Shown here: in pieces, positions 36,663-46,810 of the stretch
Layout of the letters: each line of letters opens with the position of its first letter
Position numbering within the stretch: the stretch's first letter is position 1
From: Thermoanaerobaculaceae bacterium
GTDB lineage: Bacteria; Acidobacteriota; Thermoanaerobaculia; Thermoanaerobaculales; Thermoanaerobaculaceae
Assembly (NCBI GenBank): GCA_041494245.1
Contig: JBGQAK010000014.1
Coordinates: 7,664-71,663, forward strand
Length of the DNA stretch: 64,000 nt
Direction of reading: 5' to 3'
Program-made: the position numbers and the translations under genes
Notes under the pieces: generated by a model
Seen by the model: only the letters and a program-made list of their open reading frames with translations
What the model was told of the DNA's origin: nothing
The model's database searches: none

Positions 36663-37557
36663 GCATGCGCGCGACCATCGCCTCCACCGTGGCGCGGGCG
36701 CGTTGCTCGTAGAAGTGCTGCAGCACGGTGCGTACGTCCGGGTACTCTGCCACGATCCTGTCGAGATCCTCCCCGGAGATCTCGATCAGGGTCGCCGGGG
36801 TCGTGGCCACGATCGTCGCGGTCCTCGGCTTGCCGGTGAGCACCGCGACCTCGCCGAAGAACTCTCCCGCGCCGAGCTGCGCGAGCACCAGTGGCTTCCC
36901 GGAGGGGTCGTTGGTGTGGACCGCAACCTCGCCCTCCTCGATCAGGAAGAACGAGGTTCCCGGCTCGCCCTCCCGCACGATGACCTCCTCGGGGTCGAAC
37001 GACCGCACCGCCGCGGAGTAGAGGAGCTGCTCGAGCGCTCCCTGCGGGAACTCGGCGAAGAACCGGGAGGCCGCGCGCTCCCTCTCAAGCTGCTGCTCGG
37101 CGGGGTCGGGCTTGGGTTCTGGCGGCGGCGGCGCCGGGGCCGGGCGCGGAGGTTCGGCGTGCTTGAGCTGCTCCAGCCCTTCCTTCTCGGCGCTCTTGAG
37201 CTTGACCTCGGTCTCCCGCTCGGCCGCCTGCTGTGCGGCGATGAGCTGGGCGAGCTCCTTGGTGATGTCCTGGCGGTTGGGGTCCAGGCGGAGAACCTTG
37301 TTGGTCACGGCGATCGCGCGGGCGTAGAACCCCTGCTTGGCGTAGTGTTCCGCAAGCTTACGGTAGACGGAGATGGCCTTGGCCCGGTCGCCCGCCATCC
37401 CGAGGATCTCGGCTTGGCGAAGTAGGAGGTTGAAGTTCTCCGGGCGTTTCTTGATCTCCTCGGCGATCGCCTCCAGGGCCAGGGTGTACTCGCGCTGAAA
37501 GACGTACTGGTCGAGGAGCTCGAACTTGGGCCTGCCCTTGAACATCAGGACGACCAC
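36646..37557 (-). CDS. cyclic nucleotide-binding domain protein with N-terminal TPR-like repeats
   Basis: FFLIEEGEVAV...LGAGEFFGEVAVLTGKPRTATIVA cNMP-binding cassette. 17-nt overlap with the downstream ligase. Confidence 0.82.
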   Translation of the reverse strand: MVVLMFKGRPKFELLDQYVFQREYTLALEAIAEEIKKRPENFNLLLRQAEILGMAGDRAKAISVYRKLAEHYAKQGFYARAIAVTNKVLRLDPNRQDITKELAQLIAAQQAAERETEVKLKSAEKEGLEQLKHAEPPRPAPAPPPPEPKPDPAEQQLERERAASRFFAEFPQGALEQLLYSAAVRSFDPEEVIVREGEPGTSFFLIEEGEVAVHTNDPSGKPLVLAQLGAGEFFGEVAVLTGKPRTATIVATTPATLIEISGEDLDRIVAEYPDVRTVLQHFYEQRARATVEAMVARMRGGNG

Positions 37558-38885
37558 CCCAGGCGGCGGCTCACCGCCTGCGCCGCGGCGCCCGCCTCCT
37601 GCCGGATCGCGCGCCCATCCGCGGTGGCCAGCTCGCCGTCCCGGACCACGATCGAACCGTCAACCACGACGTGCCGCACGGTCTCAACGCCCCCTCCGTA
37701 CACTACCATGGCCGCGGGGTCGGCGGCCGGCTCCATCGCAAAGTGCTCGCAGGAGAGCACTACGACATCGGCTCTTCGACCCGGGACCAGCCGCCCCACC
37801 TCCTCGCCGAGCCCCAGGACCTGAGCGCCGCGCCACGTCGCCATCTCGAGGACCGTCCAGGGGTCCACCGCCGCCGCCCCATTGGCGAGGTTGTGCAAAG
37901 TGCCGGCGAGCGCCATCTCGTGGAAGATCGAGAGCCGGTTGTTGCAGGGTGGCCCGTCCGCGCCCAGGCCGACCCGTACCCCGCGCCTGAGCAGGCCGGG
38001 CAGGTCGGCGATCCCCGAGGCCAGCTTCAGGTTGGCCCCGGGGCAGTGCGCCACCCCGGTCTGCGTCCCGGCCAGCAGACCCACCTCGTCCTCGTCCAGG
38101 TGCACGCAGTGGGCGAGGACCGTGTCGGGGCCGGCGATGCCCACGTCGGCGAGGAAGGCGGCGTTCCCGCGGCCGGTCAGGGCGCGAACGGCTCGGGTCT
38201 CGTCCGCGTTCTCGCTCGCGTGGGTGTGGAGCAGGAAGCCGCGCTGGCGGGCAAGCGCCGCGCACCCTGCGAGCAGCTCCCGCGAGCAGGAGAGCGCGAA
38301 GCGCGGTGCCACCGCGTAGCGGAGCCGCCCGCCCGCCGCGCCGTGCCAGCGCGACCCGAGCGCCTCCGCGGCGGCGAGCGACTCCTCGCGATCCTCCAGC
38401 AGGCCGGCCGGCACCCCCTTGCCGGTGTCCATGTGGCACTTGCCCGAGGCGAACCGGATGCCCAGGTCTCTGGCGGCTGCGAACACCGCGTCCTGGCCGT
38501 GGGTCGTGCCCATGTCGAGCGCCGAGGTGGTCCCGCCGGCGAGCAGCTCGGCGATCCCGAGTCGCGCCGCCGCAGCGACCTCCTCGGACCGGAGCGCCGC
38601 CTCGTACGGCCAAATGCGCTCGGACAGCCAGCGCAGGAGCGGCAAACCCTCCGCCCGGTACCTGGCCAGGGTCTGCACGACGTGGACGTGGGCCTGGACG
38701 AACCCCGGGAGCACGAGCGCGTCGCGGGCGTCGAGCACCGCGCAGTCCTCACCCGCCTGCAGGCCGGGTGCGACGGCGGCGACCCGCCCACCCTCGAGCA
38801 GGACATCCGCCGCGAACCACTCGCCGCGGGTCGCCATGGGCACCACCACGCCACCGCGGACCAGCACCGAGGACTGGGCACCCAT
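37545..38885 (-). CDS. amidohydrolase-superfamily deaminase (MTA/SAH deaminase, guanine deaminase or chlorohydrolase-like)
   Basis: ORF trimmed to MGAQSSVLVRGGVVV (ATG 38885). Metal-binding PGFVQAHVHVVQT, later HASE and HCVH motifs. Confidence 0.82.
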   Translation of the reverse strand: MGAQSSVLVRGGVVVPMATRGEWFAADVLLEGGRVAAVAPGLQAGEDCAVLDARDALVLPGFVQAHVHVVQTLARYRAEGLPLLRWLSERIWPYEAALRSEEVAAAARLGIAELLAGGTTSALDMGTTHGQDAVFAAARDLGIRFASGKCHMDTGKGVPAGLLEDREESLAAAEALGSRWHGAAGGRLRYAVAPRFALSCSRELLAGCAALARQRGFLLHTHASENADETRAVRALTGRGNAAFLADVGIAGPDTVLAHCVHLDEDEVGLLAGTQTGVAHCPGANLKLASGIADLPGLLRRGVRVGLGADGPPCNNRLSIFHEMALAGTLHNLANGAAAVDPWTVLEMATWRGAQVLGLGEEVGRLVPGRRADVVVLSCEHFAMEPAADPAAMVVYGGGVETVRHVVVDGSIVVRDGELATADGRAIRQEAGAAAQAVSRRLGWSS

Positions 38886-38911
38886 CGTGATTCGATTCTC
38901 GTGGCCGGCCC

Positions 38912-40384
38912 ATGCGGTGTCAAATCCTTGCAAGGCTCCAGGGCGGCGTGTGTGGCTATACTGCCGGCGTGCGCGACGCAACACGTCTCGGGCTCGGCCA
39001 TCTGGTGGCGTTCGTGGCCGTTGCTCTGGTGCTCAACGTGCAGTTCACCTGGTGGGTGGTGTACTCCCTGCGCGACAACCGCGACAGGCTGGACCTGGAG
39101 CGCGCGCTCTTCGCCGCCCGCGTCGAAGGCACGGCCCTGCGCCTGACGGTCCAGATCGAGGAGGCCGAACGCCGCATCTCGATCCTCCCCCCGGGGGTCA
39201 TCCCGTCGCCCACCTCTCCGTTCGTCGAGGTCCGGGTGGTGGACGTGCTGCCGACGGCCGACGGCGCGCCCGCCGGCCAGGCTGCCACGTCCGCGGCAGG
39301 CTGGATCATGGTGGACGGGCGCGCGGCGTTCGCGCGGCAGCTGGGGCGCGGTCGGATGGCGGTGGCGTACCTCCAACCGCAGACCCCCTACCGCTGGCTC
39401 GCCGCCATCGACCCCACGCTGCAGCTCGTGGATCGTGACGAGGTCCAGGCGAGCCGGCCCCACGCCACCCTGGGCGCGCCGTTCCAGCGCCTGGAGGTGA
39501 CCCCGGACTTCCACCGGTGGGAAGAGCTGGTGGACCGCTACCGGCAGCGCGTCATCGGGGTGCTGGGCGAGGGGGCTGCGTTCCTGGCCGCGATGGTGAC
39601 GGCCGTGGTGCTCCTCTGGCGGGTCATGCGCCGCGAGGGGTCGCTGGAGCGTCAGCACCAGAGCTTCATCTCGGCCGTGACCCACGAGCTCAAGACCCCG
39701 ATCGCGGGCATCCGGCTGGCGCTGGAGACCGTGCTCGCCGGGCGCGTGGACGGTGAGGGCAGGACCCGCTTCCTGAGCAACGCCCTGGCGGACTCGGAGC
39801 GCCTCGCCGACCTCGTCGAGAAGGTGCTCGAGGTCACCCGCTACACCGGGGGGGCCCACCGCCTCCGCATGGAGCTCGGCAGCTTCACCCAGCTCCTGGA
39901 GGATGAGGTCCTGGTGGCCGAGAGGAGGGTGTCGGCCCGCGGCGGCGTGCTGGAGGCCGCGGTGACCCCCGGTGTGCAGTGCACGTTCGACGCCGAGGCG
40001 ATGGCGATCGTGATCTCGAACCTTATCGAGAATGCTCTCAAGTACGCGCAGGAGGGGGCGCCGCGCGTCTGGGTGCAGCTCCGCCTGGAGCGCGGGGAGG
40101 CGGTGCTCGAGGTGCGGGACAACGGCGTCGGGATCGCACCCGCCGAGCTGGAGAGTATTTTCAAGCCGTTCTACCGCTCGGCCGACAAGGTGACCCGGCG
40201 CACCCCTGGCACCGGCATCGGGCTCTACGTCGCGCGCGAGATCGTGAACGCCCACGGGGGCAGGCTCATCGCTTCGAGTCCCGGCGCCGGGCGCGGCGCG
40301 ACCCTCCGGCTCTCCCTCCCGGGCGCGGAGGTACTACCGGACGAGGAGTTTTCCGAGTACATTGGTGGGCGCGATGCGAGGTGA
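38912..40384 (+). CDS. sensor histidine kinase (two TM, periplasmic loop, HisKA, HATPase)
   Basis: H-box HELKTPIAGI, N-box NLIENALKY, G-box GTGIGLYVA. Actual start may be GTG 38969 (VRDATRLGLGHLVAF). Confidence 0.85.
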   Translation: MRCQILARLQGGVCGYTAGVRDATRLGLGHLVAFVAVALVLNVQFTWWVVYSLRDNRDRLDLERALFAARVEGTALRLTVQIEEAERRISILPPGVIPSPTSPFVEVRVVDVLPTADGAPAGQAATSAAGWIMVDGRAAFARQLGRGRMAVAYLQPQTPYRWLAAIDPTLQLVDRDEVQASRPHATLGAPFQRLEVTPDFHRWEELVDRYRQRVIGVLGEGAAFLAAMVTAVVLLWRVMRREGSLERQHQSFISAVTHELKTPIAGIRLALETVLAGRVDGEGRTRFLSNALADSERLADLVEKVLEVTRYTGGAHRLRMELGSFTQLLEDEVLVAERRVSARGGVLEAAVTPGVQCTFDAEAMAIVISNLIENALKYAQEGAPRVWVQLRLERGEAVLEVRDNGVGIAPAELESIFKPFYRSADKVTRRTPGTGIGLYVAREIVNAHGGRLIASSPGAGRGATLRLSLPGAEVLPDEEFSEYIGGRDAR

Positions 40385-40387
40385 TCT

Positions 40388-41098
40388 ATGGCGAGTCGCG
40401 TGCTGATCGTCGAGGATGAGCAGCACCTGGCCGAGGCTCTGGCGCACAACCTCAAGTTCGAAGGGTACGAGACCGCGGTCGCCGGCGACGGAGAGACCGC
40501 GCTCGAACGCCTGGCGGCCGAGGACTTCGACCTGGTAGTGCTGGACGTGATGCTCCCGGGCATCTCGGGGTTCGATGTGTGCGCGCGGCTGCGGGAGGGC
40601 GGCAATCGGGTGCCGGTGCTCTTCCTGACCGCGCGCAACACCGACGCCGACCGCATTGCGGGCCTCCGCCACGGCGGCGACGACTACATGACCAAGCCGT
40701 TCCTGCTCGAGGAGATGGTGCTGCGCATCCGCGGCATCCTGCGCCGGCAGGAGTGGTACCAGACCCCGGTGGCGGAGCGCGGGGTCTTCCACTTCGGCGA
40801 CAACGAGGTGAATTTCCGGACGTTCCGCGCCAAGCGGCCGCGCGGCGAGGTCGAGCTTACCGAGAAGGAGTGCATGTTGATGAAGCTGCTGGTGGAGCGG
40901 CAGGGGCAGGTGGTCTCCCGGGAGCTCATCCTGGAGCGCGTCTGGGGGTACAAGTACGGTTCCTCCTCCCGCACCATCGACAACTTCATCGTCCGCCTGC
41001 GCCGGTACTTCGAGTCCGACCCCCGGCGGCCCAAGTTCATTCACTCGGTTCGGGGCGTCGGCTACAGGTTCACCCCGGAGGGGGAACCCCAGGGTTGA
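40388..41098 (+). CDS. OmpR/PhoB-family response regulator
   Basis: Receiver (VLIVEDEQHL...LDVMLPG...YMTKPF) plus winged-helix (TIDNFIVRLRRYFE...IHSVRGVGYRF). Confidence 0.92.
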   Translation: MASRVLIVEDEQHLAEALAHNLKFEGYETAVAGDGETALERLAAEDFDLVVLDVMLPGISGFDVCARLREGGNRVPVLFLTARNTDADRIAGLRHGGDDYMTKPFLLEEMVLRIRGILRRQEWYQTPVAERGVFHFGDNEVNFRTFRAKRPRGEVELTEKECMLMKLLVERQGQVVSRELILERVWGYKYGSSSRTIDNFIVRLRRYFESDPRRPKFIHSVRGVGYRFTPEGEPQG

Positions 41099-41181
41099 CG
41101 GAACGGCTCCGACGCCCTAGCTTTGTGGTACGACCTTCAGGCCGTCCCGTCCACGCCTGACCCCACGAGAGAGGTGTCACC

Positions 41182-42210
41182 ATGCCTGAGTACAACCAAG
41201 AGAAGCTCAAGGCCCTGGAGACTGCCGTCGCGCAGATCGAACGGCAGTTCGGCAAGGGCTCGATCATGCGCCTCGGCGCCCAGGAGGCAGTGAACGTCCA
41301 CGTCATCCCGACGGGGTCCATAGGCTTGGATGCGGCGCTGGGCGTGGGCGGGATCCCGCGCGGCAGGGTCAGCGAGATCTACGGGCCCGAGTCCTCTGGC
41401 AAGACGACGCTGGCGCTTCACGTGATCGCGCAGGCGCAGAAGGCCGGCGGGCTGGCGGCGTTCATCGACGCCGAGCACGCCCTCGACCCGGAGTACTGCG
41501 GCAAGCTGGGAGTGGACGTCGACAACCTGCTGGTGGCGCAGCCCGACAACGGCGAGCAGGCCCTCGAGATCGCCGAGACCCTGATCCGGTCCGGTTCCGT
41601 GGACGTGATCGTGGTGGACTCGGTGGCCGCGCTCGTTCCGCGCGCCGAGCTGGAAGGCGAGATGGGAGATGCGTCGGTCGGCCTGCAGGCGCGCCTGATG
41701 TCCCAGGCGATGCGCAAGCTCACCGGTATCGTCTCCAAGTCCAAGACCAGCGTGATCTTCATCAACCAGATCCGCGAGAAGATCGGGGTGATGTTCGGCA
41801 ACCCCGAGACCACCACCGGGGGGCGTGCCCTCAAGTTCTACGCCTCCATCCGGCTGGACATCCGGCGCATCGGAGCGATCAAGTCGGGTGAGGAATCGGT
41901 GGGCAACCGGACCAAAGTCAAGGTCGTCAAGAACAAGGTGGCGGCGCCGTTCCGGGTGGCGGAGTTCGACCTTATGTACGGCGAGGGCATCTCCAAGTCC
42001 GGCGAGCTGCTCGACCTCGGCCTGGAACACCGGCTGCTCACCAAGTCCGGGACGTGGCTCTCGTACGGCGACACCCGCCTCGGTCAGGGGCGGGAGAACG
42101 CCCGGGCGTTCCTGAAGGAGCACCCCGAAGTCGTGACCGAGCTCGAGGAGAAGCTGCGCGCGATGCTGCCGACGCTAGCGCGTCCGGCCTCGGCCGCCGA
42201 CGAATCGTGA
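41182..42210 (+). CDS. recA: recombinase A
   Basis: [12 protein letters not shown] Walker [44 protein letters not shown]. Confidence 0.97.
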   Translation: MPEYNQEKLKALETAVAQIERQFGKGSIMRLGAQEAVNVHVIPTGSIGLDAALGVGGIPRGRVSEIYGPESSGKTTLALHVIAQAQKAGGLAAFIDAEHALDPEYCGKLGVDVDNLLVAQPDNGEQALEIAETLIRSGSVDVIVVDSVAALVPRAELEGEMGDASVGLQARLMSQAMRKLTGIVSKSKTSVIFINQIREKIGVMFGNPETTTGGRALKFYASIRLDIRRIGAIKSGEESVGNRTKVKVVKNKVAAPFRVAEFDLMYGEGISKSGELLDLGLEHRLLTKSGTWLSYGDTRLGQGRENARAFLKEHPEVVTELEEKLRAMLPTLARPASAADES

Positions 42211-42310
42211 AGACCGGGATTTGGGCTCAGGGCTCCGGGGCCCGTGGTCGCGCTCAGACCCCGGAGCCCGGGCCCCGGACCCCACCGCGACGAGCACCGC
42301 GAGTCGCGGC

Positions 42311-43312
42311 ATGAAAGCGTGGTTCGCGCAGCGCTACGGGCCGCCCGAGGTCCTGCGCCTGGTTGAGCTCCCAGATCCGATCCCGGGGCCGGGGGAGGTG
42401 CTCGTCCGGGTGCGCGCCATCGGCCTCAACTTCGCCGACTGTGCGGCGCGGCTCGGTGTCTACCCGCGTGTCCCGAAGGCGCCGTTTGTCCCCGGCATGG
42501 AGGTGAGTGGAGAGGTCGTGGCGCTGGGCGAGGGGGCTGCCGGGCCACCCGCGGGCACGCCGGTCGCCGCGGTCACGCTCTTCGGGGGGCACGCGGAGCT
42601 CGTCAACGTGCGGGCCCGCTTCCTGCGGCCGTTGCCTGCGGGCGTGGACTTCGTGACGGGAGCATCGTTGGCGGTCACGGGCCTGACCGCGGACCACGCG
42701 CTGTTCACGGTCGGACGGGTGCGCGCCGGGGAGCGGGTCGTGATCACCGCGGCGGCCGGCGGTGTCGGCACCATCGCGGTGCAGATGGCGGCCAGGGCGG
42801 GCGCCCAGGTACTCGCGGTGGCGTCGACGCCGGCCAAGCTCGAGCTGGCGCTCTCACTCGGTGCCCATGAGGCAACGGGCTACGAGGGCTACCGCGAGGC
42901 GCTTGCCGGCGGCGCGGACGTCGTGGTGGACGCGGTGGGCGGCGCGCTCTTCCGAACCGGGTGGAGGGCACTTCGGCCGGATGGGCGCTACGTCCTCTAC
43001 GGTTTCGCCGCCGCGCTCGGCCCGCGGCGGGTCCGCTACGCGCGGGCGGCGCTCGAGCTCGCGCGCATGGGACTCGTGTTTCCCTCGACCCTCGTCCAGC
43101 CCTGCCGCACCCTCGCGGGCTTCAACCTCTCCCTCGTGCCGCATCTGACGGAGGAGCTCCAGGCCCGCTTCGCCCGCCTCGAGGGGATGCTGGCCAAGGG
43201 GAGCCTCAAAGCGGTCGTGGGTGCGGTGTTCCCGTTCGCGGAACTTCCCGAGGCGCATGCGCTCCTGCAGGGGCGCGGCTCCACCGGCAAGGTGGTGGTC
43301 ACGGTTCCCTGA
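42311..43312 (+). CDS. NADPH:quinone oxidoreductase / zinc-type alcohol dehydrogenase family (MDR)
   Basis: Trimmed to MKAWFAQRYGPPEVLRLVELPDP. AAAGGVGTIAVQMA nucleotide-binding motif. Confidence 0.85.
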   Translation: MKAWFAQRYGPPEVLRLVELPDPIPGPGEVLVRVRAIGLNFADCAARLGVYPRVPKAPFVPGMEVSGEVVALGEGAAGPPAGTPVAAVTLFGGHAELVNVRARFLRPLPAGVDFVTGASLAVTGLTADHALFTVGRVRAGERVVITAAAGGVGTIAVQMAARAGAQVLAVASTPAKLELALSLGAHEATGYEGYREALAGGADVVVDAVGGALFRTGWRALRPDGRYVLYGFAAALGPRRVRYARAALELARMGLVFPSTLVQPCRTLAGFNLSLVPHLTEELQARFARLEGMLAKGSLKAVVGAVFPFAELPEAHALLQGRGSTGKVVVTVP

Positions 43313-43401
43313 CGGGCGTCACTCCCCTGGTCCCGACTTCGACGCCGTCCTGGCCGCGCCACGCCCCCGCCCTTAAACGCTGCACCCCTTGCGTCCGCGC
43401 G

Positions 43402-44361
43402 TCAGGGCTGGCCGGTGTCGGGACCGGTCCCGGCCCGCTCGCCCAGCACCTCGAAGCGGGCGGCGTTCTTCCCCTCCTGCTTCACCTCGTACATCAGGTT
43501 GTCGGCGGCACGGATCAGATCGTCGGCGCCGCACGCACCGTTCGCGCAGGTGACCGCGCCGAGGCTGAAGGAGGTCCGCCAGCGCTTCGCGGCTCCACCC
43601 TCGTGAAGCTTGGCCTGCAGCCTGCCCAGCACGGCCTGCGCCTCGACGCGGTCCGTCGCGGGCAGGAGGATGGCGAACTCGTCGCCGCCCAGCCGCGCCA
43701 GCAGGTCCGGATCGCGCAGGTTCCCCCGGATCGTCTGGGCGATCTCTCGGAGCGCCCTGTCGCCCGCGTCGTGGCCGAAGCGGTCGTTGACCTGCTTGAA
43801 ATCGTCGATGTCGAGGTAGGCCAGGGTCACGGCCGTGCGCGTTCGGCGGTTGCGGGACAGCTCGACCCCGAGCGCCTCGTAAAATGACCTGGTGTTTGGC
43901 AGGCCGGTGACGAAATCGGTGCGCGCCACCTCGCGTTCCCAGTCGACCAGCGCCCGCAGCTGCGAGATCATGTACGCGAGCAGCGCGAACGAGGCGACGT
44001 TGGCCGTTGTGTTCCACCACAGCACGTAGGGCCTCACGGCCAACCACTCGGGGCCGTTGGCCAACGCCGAGCCCAGGGCGCTCAGCGCAACGGCGAAGAA
44101 GCCCCACCTCCGGCCGACGTACCACGACACCATGGCGATGGAGGGCCAGTAGAAGATGTAGAAGCGCAGCTCCGGCCCCGTCAAGTAGTCGGCCACGGTC
44201 ACGATCGCGATCAGTAGCACACCGATGACCACGACGAGCTTCCCCGAACGTTGCTCCAGGTCACTCAGGAACGTCGGACCGGCGTGGCGCGGTCGCGACG
44301 ACGAGAGCCGGGCGCCGCCTGGGCGGCCGGCGCCGGCCGACGCGCTCGGTACGTTCGCCAT
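43402..44361 (-). CDS. membrane-anchored diguanylate cyclase (GGDEF)
   Basis: N-terminal TM helices, then RLGGDEFAILL active site and RTDFVTGLPNTRSF. Start not refined. Confidence 0.88.
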   Translation of the reverse strand: MANVPSASAGAGRPGGARLSSSRPRHAGPTFLSDLEQRSGKLVVVIGVLLIAIVTVADYLTGPELRFYIFYWPSIAMVSWYVGRRWGFFAVALSALGSALANGPEWLAVRPYVLWWNTTANVASFALLAYMISQLRALVDWEREVARTDFVTGLPNTRSFYEALGVELSRNRRTRTAVTLAYLDIDDFKQVNDRFGHDAGDRALREIAQTIRGNLRDPDLLARLGGDEFAILLPATDRVEAQAVLGRLQAKLHEGGAAKRWRTSFSLGAVTCANGACGADDLIRAADNLMYEVKQEGKNAARFEVLGERAGTGPDTGQP

Positions 44362-44434
44362 TGGAGCTCAGGGTATCAGGTCTCCCGCCGGAGGGCCGCG
44401 CGGTGCCGTTGCGCGTGGAGTAAACTCTCGCTCT

Positions 44435-45796
44435 GTGGACAGCGCAGGGCGGGTGCTTGTGGTTGACGATGACGCCGCCAATCGGCTGGCGGTCCGGACG
44501 ATCCTGGCCGGAGCCGGCTACCAGGTGAGCGAGGCGGGGGACGCCTTCGCGGCCATCGACGTCATCGACCGCGAGAGCCCGCATGCGGTCCTCCTCGACA
44601 TCAAGATGCCCGGGATGGACGGCCTCGGTCTGTTGGAGAACCTGCGCAGGCGCGCCGTGGAGGTGCCGGTCGTGGTGCTCACCGGGCACGGCGACGAGTT
44701 CACCGCCGCCTCCTGCCTGCAGGCTGGCGCCGACGCGTTCCTGGACAAGCCGCCGGAGCGCGCGAAGCTCCTCCTGGCGGTGCAGAGCGCGGTGGCGCGG
44801 GGGAGGCTCGTTGAGGAGAACCGGCGGCTGAAGGGGGGCGAGGAGGAGCTGCCACCCCTGCTCGGCGAGTCGGCGGAGCTGAAGGCGCTGCGCGAGGAGA
44901 TCGCGCGCGCCGCCCCTTCGCGGGTCACCGTCCTGGTGGTGGGCGAGTCCGGGACCGGGAAGGAGCTCGTCGCGCGGCGCATCCACCACCTCTCGCCGCG
45001 CGCCCGTGCGCCGTTCGTGCGGGTGAACTGCGCCGCGATTCCCGAGGAGCTTATCGAGTCGGAGCTCTTCGGCCATGAGAAGGGTTCCTTCACCGGTGCC
45101 ATCCGCAAGCAGATCGGCAAGTTCGTCCAGGCGGACACAGGGACGATCTTCCTCGACGAAGTGGGGGACATGTCGCTTCGCACCCAGGCGAAGGTGCTGC
45201 GGGTGCTGCAGGACGGCGAGGTCGAGCCGGTCGGCGCCGGGGCCGTGGGGAGGGTGGACGTGAGGGTGATCGCGGCCACCAACAAGGACCTGCCCGCGGA
45301 GGTCAGGGCGGGCCGCTTCCGCGAAGACCTCTACTTCCGCCTCTCGGTGGTCGTGCTGCAAACCCCTCCTCTGCGCTCCCACCCCGAGGACATCCCGACG
45401 CTGGTGGAGCACTACACCCGCACGGCGTGCGAGGAGTACAACCGGCGGCCCAAGCGCTGGACGCCGGAGGCGCTCCGGCAGCTCGCGGCCTTCCCCTTCC
45501 CAGGCAACGTCCGGGAGCTCAAGAATATCGTCGAGCGCGCCGTGATCATGCAGCTCGAGGACGAGATTCGCGCCCTGGACGTGCTGCCCGCCGCCCCCGA
45601 GGGTGAGGGCGACAGCGAGGCGCTCTTCGGGGCGGCGACACTGGCCGAGTTCCAGGAGCGCGCCGAGCGCGCGTACCTCGTGCGCCAGCTCCAGCGCCAC
45701 GCCTGGAACGTCGCGGCGACCGCGCGCGCAATCCAGACGCCGCGCTCCAACCTGTACAAGAAGATCGAGGCCTACGGCCTGAAGCGGGAGGAGTGA
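44435..45796 (+). CDS. sigma-54-dependent response regulator (NtrC family), no cognate kinase adjacent
   Basis: Receiver VLVVDDDAANRL, GESGTGKELVA, GSFTGA, C-terminal HTH. Start set at in-frame GTG 44435 (ORF track maximum 44225). Confidence 0.88.
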   Translation: MDSAGRVLVVDDDAANRLAVRTILAGAGYQVSEAGDAFAAIDVIDRESPHAVLLDIKMPGMDGLGLLENLRRRAVEVPVVVLTGHGDEFTAASCLQAGADAFLDKPPERAKLLLAVQSAVARGRLVEENRRLKGGEEELPPLLGESAELKALREEIARAAPSRVTVLVVGESGTGKELVARRIHHLSPRARAPFVRVNCAAIPEELIESELFGHEKGSFTGAIRKQIGKFVQADTGTIFLDEVGDMSLRTQAKVLRVLQDGEVEPVGAGAVGRVDVRVIAATNKDLPAEVRAGRFREDLYFRLSVVVLQTPPLRSHPEDIPTLVEHYTRTACEEYNRRPKRWTPEALRQLAAFPFPGNVRELKNIVERAVIMQLEDEIRALDVLPAAPEGEGDSEALFGAATLAEFQERAERAYLVRQLQRHAWNVAATARAIQTPRSNLYKKIEAYGLKREE

Positions 45797-46377
45797 TGGG
45801 CGGCATCACGCTCGACGAGATGACGGCTGCCGGGGCGCTGCTCGAGGGGCACTTCAAGCTGTCGTCCGGGTTGCACTCCTCCCGCTACCTGCAGTGCGCG
45901 CTCTACCTCGCCGACCCCTCCCGGGCGGAAGCCGCCGGGCGGCAGCTCGCCGCGCGCCTGAAGAACGCGGCCGCGCAGCTGGTGGTTGCGCCGGCGCTCG
46001 GTGGGATCATCATCGGGTACGAGGTTGCACGCGCCTTCGAGGACGTTCCCTTCTACTTCACCGAGCGCACCGACGCGGCGATGGGGCTGCGGCGCGGCTT
46101 TCGGATCGAGCCGGGTGCCCGGGTGCTGGTCGTGGAGGACGTCGTCACCAGCGGGAAGTCCACCCGTGAGGTGATGGACGTCGTCACCCAGCAGGGGGGC
46201 ACGGTGGTGGGTGTCGCCGCGATCGTCAACCGATCGGGGAAGGAGAACCCCTTCTCGCCGCTGCCGTTCACCGCGCTTCTCACCGTGGAGGTGCCGACCT
46301 ACCCGCCCGAGTCCTGCCCGCTGTGCGGCGCGGGGATCGCGCTCGCCAAGCCCGGGTCCAGACCGGACAAGGCGTAG
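45793..46377 (+). CDS. pyrE: orotate phosphoribosyltransferase
   Basis: HFKLSSGLHSSRYLQC and PRPP motif VLVVEDVVTSGKST. ATGA overlap with the upstream gene. Confidence 0.9.
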   Translation: MMGGITLDEMTAAGALLEGHFKLSSGLHSSRYLQCALYLADPSRAEAAGRQLAARLKNAAAQLVVAPALGGIIIGYEVARAFEDVPFYFTERTDAAMGLRRGFRIEPGARVLVVEDVVTSGKSTREVMDVVTQQGGTVVGVAAIVNRSGKENPFSPLPFTALLTVEVPTYPPESCPLCGAGIALAKPGSRPDKA

Positions 46378-46401
46378 CGGCCGGCCGCTGGCCGCCGCGG
46401 T

Positions 46402-46800
46402 TTACCAACGAGCGATGACGTACGCCCAGCCCGCGAGGATGGCCGCGGCGATGGCTCCCCGAGCCCACCCGGGCAGCGGTGAGGGCAACTCGGGCACACG
46501 TCCCCCGAGCGAGACCCACGCCGGGGCTACGAGCCCGCCCAGCAGGAAGGCGATCCCCGCCGCCGCCGCAAGCGGGTTGGCGGCAAACGAGTCCCCCAGC
46601 CGCCCGTTCAGGAGCGCCAGCGCGGAGTGGGTGGTGCCGCAGGTGGGGCAGGGGACCCCGGTGATGGCGCGGAACGGGCAGGCCGGGACGAACGGGGCGA
46701 GCGCCAGCCAGTAGGGTCGGAGCAGCAGGGAGCCGACCGCCGCGATGCCCCACAGCCACGAGAGCTGGCGCTCCTCGCGATTGGGCGTGCGCAGGCGCAG
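46402..46800 (-). CDS. DUF2752-like membrane protein; no canonical start codon in the open frame
   Basis: Own translation (not in ORF track): ...LSWLWGIAAVGSLLLRPYWLALAPFVPACPFRAITGVPCPTCGTTHSALALLNG...ILAGWAYVIARW*. Frame is open from 46818. Only CTG (46800, 46794) or ACG (46809) are available as starts. Confidence 0.6.
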   Translation of the reverse strand: MRLRTPNREERQLSWLWGIAAVGSLLLRPYWLALAPFVPACPFRAITGVPCPTCGTTHSALALLNGRLGDSFAANPLAAAAGIAFLLGGLVAPAWVSLGGRVPELPSPLPGWARGAIAAAILAGWAYVIARW

Positions 46801-46810
46801 CGAAGACGTC

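Noticed and set aside
41099-41181. SOS (LexA) box upstream of recA.
   Set aside because: I found no convincing palindrome of any LexA-box type I know (CTGT-N8-ACAG, GAAC-N4-GTTC, etc.) in the 83-bp spacer.
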